Shown here one piece after another: positions 60,825-64,000 of a stretch of 64,000 nucleotides of DNA. The notes under the pieces are model-generated. The model did not search any database, was not told the origin of the DNA, and saw only the letters and a list, made by a program, of their open reading frames with translations. This DNA is from Candidatus Eiseniibacteriota bacterium (GTDB lineage: Bacteria; Eisenbacteria; RBG-16-71-46; JABDJR01), in assembly GCA_963762255.1 (NCBI GenBank), contig CAVXKA010000001.1:320001-384000 (forward strand). The letters run 5' to 3'. Position 1 is the stretch's first letter. Every line of letters begins with the position of its first letter. The position numbers were made by a program, and so were the translations under genes.

Positions 60825-62087
60825 CTAATCCCGCACCAGCGGATGCGTGAGGCAGTGCGGCCCGCCGCGCGCGCGCGACATCTCGTGGCTCGGCAACATC
60901 ACGCACACACGCGCGTCGTCGTCGAGGTCCACCTCGGCGCGCCCCAGCAACAGGTCCTCCGCGTCCACCACGCGATAGCCGTGCCGCGACAGCTCTTCCG
61001 CCGTTCCGACGTTGCGGTCGTAGAGCGTGATCACCCCCGGAGCGAGCGCGAACGCATTGGCGCCGTCGGTCCATTGCTCGCGCTGCTGTTGAACCGGGTC
61101 GGCCCCGCCGCAGGGAATGGGCTCGAGGTCGATGCCGCGCGCCTTCAATGCGGACAGCAGATTCGTTCGCGTCTGAGTCTTGAAATCGGGCGAGTAGAGG
61201 TCGATCTCGCACACCGACGCACGCTCCGCCCCGTCGGCGAGGATCACCGGAGGAAAGACCAGCGCCTCGTTATGGTCCACGCGCGTGATCAGCGTATCGA
61301 GGTGCATGTACGCGCGACGATTGGGGATCTCCACCACGATCATCCAGCGCGGCCCGTCCAGTCGGTGCGCCAGGCTCTGCGCGAGAGCGCGCGTCGCGGT
61401 CGCGTTCGTGCGCTCGGAGTGTCCCACCAGGATGACCTCGGGCGAGAGCACGAGCACGTCCCCACCCTCCAGCCGGGGACGATGCTGGTCGAGGTAGAGC
61501 GGGTGCTCGGGCAGCGGCACGAGCGGATCGTGGATGACGGGAGCCCCGGAGAACTCGGGATGAAAACGGAAGATCGCGCGGGAGAGAAGCGCCTCGCGGT
61601 GGCGAGCCGGCGCGGCCATGGCCGCGAACACGACGCCGTCTCCCAGGACGAGTTGCGGGTCGCGCTGGAAACACCAATTGGGCAGCGGCGGCACCGCGAA
61701 GAGATCCGCCACCTCGACCCCCGACCGTCCCGTCTCGGTGCGCACGCCGGCCACGAGCATCTCGGCCAGCTCTTCCTCCGAAACTTCCTCGGCCCTGTCG
61801 TGCAACGCCGGAGCCGTCTCGCGGAGCAGGACCTCGACCACCCAATCGCGCGCTTCCGGGTCGGCGAGGGTCTCGACCAAGAGGTCCTGAGCCTCGACCA
61901 TTTCGATTCCCAGGAGCTGCAAGACGCGGCGGAACATCGCGTGCTCTTCGCGCGCGCGGTCGCCGAAGAGGACGTCGTCGAAGAGAAGCTCGTCCATCAT
62001 GGCCGGGACCATGACGTCGATCTCGCGTCCCGGTTCGTGGACGAGCACCTTGCGCAGGCGGCCGATCTCCGAGGTGACGTGAAGCAT
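60825..62087 (-). CDS. arcA: Arginine deiminase
   Basis: SEIG.L..VLVH.PG.E, LFDD, PN..F.RD, EGGD, MHLDT, EQW.DG.N, RGGPHC. Confidence 0.88.
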   Translation of the reverse strand: MLHVTSEIGRLRKVLVHEPGREIDVMVPAMMDELLFDDVLFGDRAREEHAMFRRVLQLLGIEMVEAQDLLVETLADPEARDWVVEVLLRETAPALHDRAEEVSEEELAEMLVAGVRTETGRSGVEVADLFAVPPLPNWCFQRDPQLVLGDGVVFAAMAAPARHREALLSRAIFRFHPEFSGAPVIHDPLVPLPEHPLYLDQHRPRLEGGDVLVLSPEVILVGHSERTNATATRALAQSLAHRLDGPRWMIVVEIPNRRAYMHLDTLITRVDHNEALVFPPVILADGAERASVCEIDLYSPDFKTQTRTNLLSALKARGIDLEPIPCGGADPVQQQREQWTDGANAFALAPGVITLYDRNVGTAEELSRHGYRVVDAEDLLLGRAEVDLDDDARVCVMLPSHEMSRARGGPHCLTHPLVRD

Positions 62088-62262
62088 GTCCGCGATCCTC
62101 CCCCTCTACGCCCCGGATTACTATCAAATCCGCGAACCCGAGTGTAGGACTGCATTGTGCTTCCCGCCCCCGAAGTCGACGAGAGCCCCCAAGTCATCTC
62201 AAAACAATAAGTTGCGCCGATCAGAAATCCGCATCTCGACGCTTAGCTTCCGGGGCCGCCGC

Positions 62263-62270
62263 GCCGATAA
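62263..62270 (+). promoter_or_regulatory. sigma28-type -10 box GCCGATAA
   Basis: 31 bp upstream of the histidine kinase start. Confidence 0.5.
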
Positions 62271-62300
62271 CTGCGGTGACCAAAGCTCTCGCCGAGAAGG

Positions 62301-63881
62301 ATGCAGACCATGCTGGAGCCCCATCACAAGGAAGCTCGTGCGATCAACCGCAAGGGGTGGACCCTCTGGTTCGCGGCGTTCGCCCTGATCATCGCGTTCG
62401 CCACCACGGTCCACGTGCTCAACCTCCGGTTGATGGCGATCCTGAACCGGACCAACGACACGGATCTCTGGATCCGCAACGGGTACTACACCGGCATCGG
62501 GCTCGCCGGGCTCGTCCTTCTCTTCATCCTCTACACCGCGCTCAAGCAGGTCCAGCTCCAACAGGTCACCCACGCGCTGAGCCGCGAGGAAGCCGAGCTG
62601 GAGGACGTCACCGCGCGGCTCTCCGAGATCTCCGCGCTCTTCCAACTTGCCACGACCCTCAACCTGCGCATCGAGGTGGACGACATCGTGGGGCTCATCG
62701 TGCGGCGCGTGGTGGCGACGCTGCGGGCCCAACAGGCCTCGATCATGCTGTACGACCCCAAGTCCGACATGCTCGAGACGCGTGCCTACTACGGCGTCGA
62801 AGGCGAGTTCGCCTCGCAGGGCAAACGCCGGATCGGAGAGGGGATCGCGGGCTGGGTGGCCGAACGCCAGGAAGCCATTCTCCTCAACGATGCCGCGCCC
62901 CCCGACATGAAGCAATTCTACAAGACGGACCGGAACATCTCCTCCGCGCTCTCGGTCCCCCTGCGCGTGGATAACCGGTGCGTCGGCGTGCTGAACGTCA
63001 ACCGCATCAGTCATCCGGAGCCGTTCACCAATCGGCAGAAGGACATCCTGCGCATCTTTGCGGAGCACATCGGCACCGTGATCGAACGGGCCCAGGTCAT
63101 GAACGAACTGTATGCGAAGAATCGCGATCTCGAGCAGGCCAACATCCGGCTCGCCGATCTCAACCGCATGAAGGACGTCTTCCTGTCCACGGCAAGTCAT
63201 GAACTCAAGACGCCGCTCACGTCGGTGATCGCCTACGCCGAGGTTCTCACCGATCACGCCGACACCCTGACTCGCGACCAGAATGGCGAGTTCCTCGGCC
63301 GGCTGCGCTCCGAGGCGGAGCGGCTCATGAACCTGATCGAGGACATCCTCGACGTCACGCGCATCGAGACCGGCAAGGTCGAGCTCAAGCGGCAATCGCT
63401 CCTCATGAACCAGGTGACACACACCGCCGTGCAGACCGCGCGTCCGATGGCGGAGAAGTACGAGATCAATCTGGTGGAGGAGTTCAGCCCCGAGGTGGAT
63501 CTCGCCAGCGTGGATGAGGTGAAGTTCCGCCAGGCGCTCGTGAACCTGATCGTGAACGCGATCAAGTTCAGTCCGAAGGACGGCACGGTACGCGTGCGCA
63601 CCCGGTCCGATGCCGACGACATCGTGATCGAGGTCGTCGATCAGGGTCCGGGGGTGGCGCCCGAGGACATCTCGCAGATCTTCACGCTCTTCGGCCAGAG
63701 CCTGCGCGGGAAGACCGACAAGGCGAAGGGGCTGGGTATCGGCCTTCACCTGGTGAAGGCGCTCGTCGAGATGCACGGCGGTCAGGTCGGGGTGGACAGC
63801 ACGGTAGGCGCAGGCAGCGTCTTCTGGATTCGGGTCCGCTCCGAGGCCGCAGGCACCCAGGGCGCGGCCAAAGCGGCCTAG
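62301..63881 (+). CDS. Membrane GAF-domain sensor histidine kinase
   Basis: Two TMs; GAF (GEGIAGWV, SALSVPL, GVLNV); SHELKTPL, NLIVNAIKFS, DQGPG, GLGIGL. Confidence 0.92.
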   Translation: MQTMLEPHHKEARAINRKGWTLWFAAFALIIAFATTVHVLNLRLMAILNRTNDTDLWIRNGYYTGIGLAGLVLLFILYTALKQVQLQQVTHALSREEAELEDVTARLSEISALFQLATTLNLRIEVDDIVGLIVRRVVATLRAQQASIMLYDPKSDMLETRAYYGVEGEFASQGKRRIGEGIAGWVAERQEAILLNDAAPPDMKQFYKTDRNISSALSVPLRVDNRCVGVLNVNRISHPEPFTNRQKDILRIFAEHIGTVIERAQVMNELYAKNRDLEQANIRLADLNRMKDVFLSTASHELKTPLTSVIAYAEVLTDHADTLTRDQNGEFLGRLRSEAERLMNLIEDILDVTRIETGKVELKRQSLLMNQVTHTAVQTARPMAEKYEINLVEEFSPEVDLASVDEVKFRQALVNLIVNAIKFSPKDGTVRVRTRSDADDIVIEVVDQGPGVAPEDISQIFTLFGQSLRGKTDKAKGLGIGLHLVKALVEMHGGQVGVDSTVGAGSVFWIRVRSEAAGTQGAAKAA

Positions 63882-64000
63882 TCGGGAATCGCCAGAAATA
63901 ACGGCCGCATTTTCCGCGCCGCCACGGGGGCGAGATCGCCCGACCGCATCGCTTCCCAGAGGTCCCCTGCCTCGACCTTGCGATAGGAGGTGCCGCACGC
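63878..64000 (-). CDS. 3' end of an unidentified convergent gene (partial)
   Basis: Open frame ACGTSYRKVEAGDLWEAMRSGDLAPVAARKMRPLFLAIPD* whose stop shares CTAG with the kinase stop, as at 17214 and 46861. Confidence 0.4.
   Translation of the reverse strand, partial: ACGTSYRKVEAGDLWEAMRSGDLAPVAARKMRPLFLAIPD

Noticed and set aside
60825-62087. Full arginine deiminase (arc) operon
   Set aside because: Only arcA is present; no arcB, arcC or arcD in the window.
62189-62216. AT-rich CAAGTCATCTCAAAACAATAAGTTG patch as IHF site
   Set aside because: Only a loose resemblance to the IHF consensus; not supportable without a matrix scan.

Overview
GC-rich bacterial chromosomal window, probably from a long-read metagenome assembly. 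Secreted proteins with FlgD/T9SS-like C-terminal domains and a C-terminal TWxxIKxxY motif suggest a Ca. Eisenbacteria/Krumholzibacteriota/Latescibacterota-like lineage (inference). It holds about 48 CDSs. Housekeeping and metabolic genes: dinB, prmA, fadIJ, ispG, gdh, hisN, mtgA, arcA, opp and MacAB-like ABC operons. Other loci: a MoxR/DUF58/SpoIIM/RDD cluster, a partner-switching set (PP2C, RsbW-like, STAS), a sensor-less sigma54 activator coupled to a GPP34 gene, and several modular secreted proteins. I saw no tRNA, rRNA, CRISPR array, transposase or reverse transcriptase. Best leads: (1) a candidate sigma54-driven, ~140-nt cloverleaf sRNA between dinB and an HD gene, with upstream enhancer-like repeats and a terminator; (2) a GCCGATAW (sigma28-type) box in the correct orientation upstream of six non-flagellar genes, including the anti-sigma/STAS pair whose STAS lacks the phospho-Ser; (3) two tandem genes sharing a near-identical 1.9-kb head on long vs short FN3 stalks; (4) a Cys-rich domain I do not recognise, in three proteins with two different C-terminal tags; (5) a leaderless AAA-nuclease gene with a perfect 29-bp operator palindrome inserted inside an ABC operon; (6) a covarying REP-like hairpin repeat. 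Frameshifts in three genes all look like single-base insertions and are probably sequencing errors. All calls were made by eye from the sequence; no searches were run.
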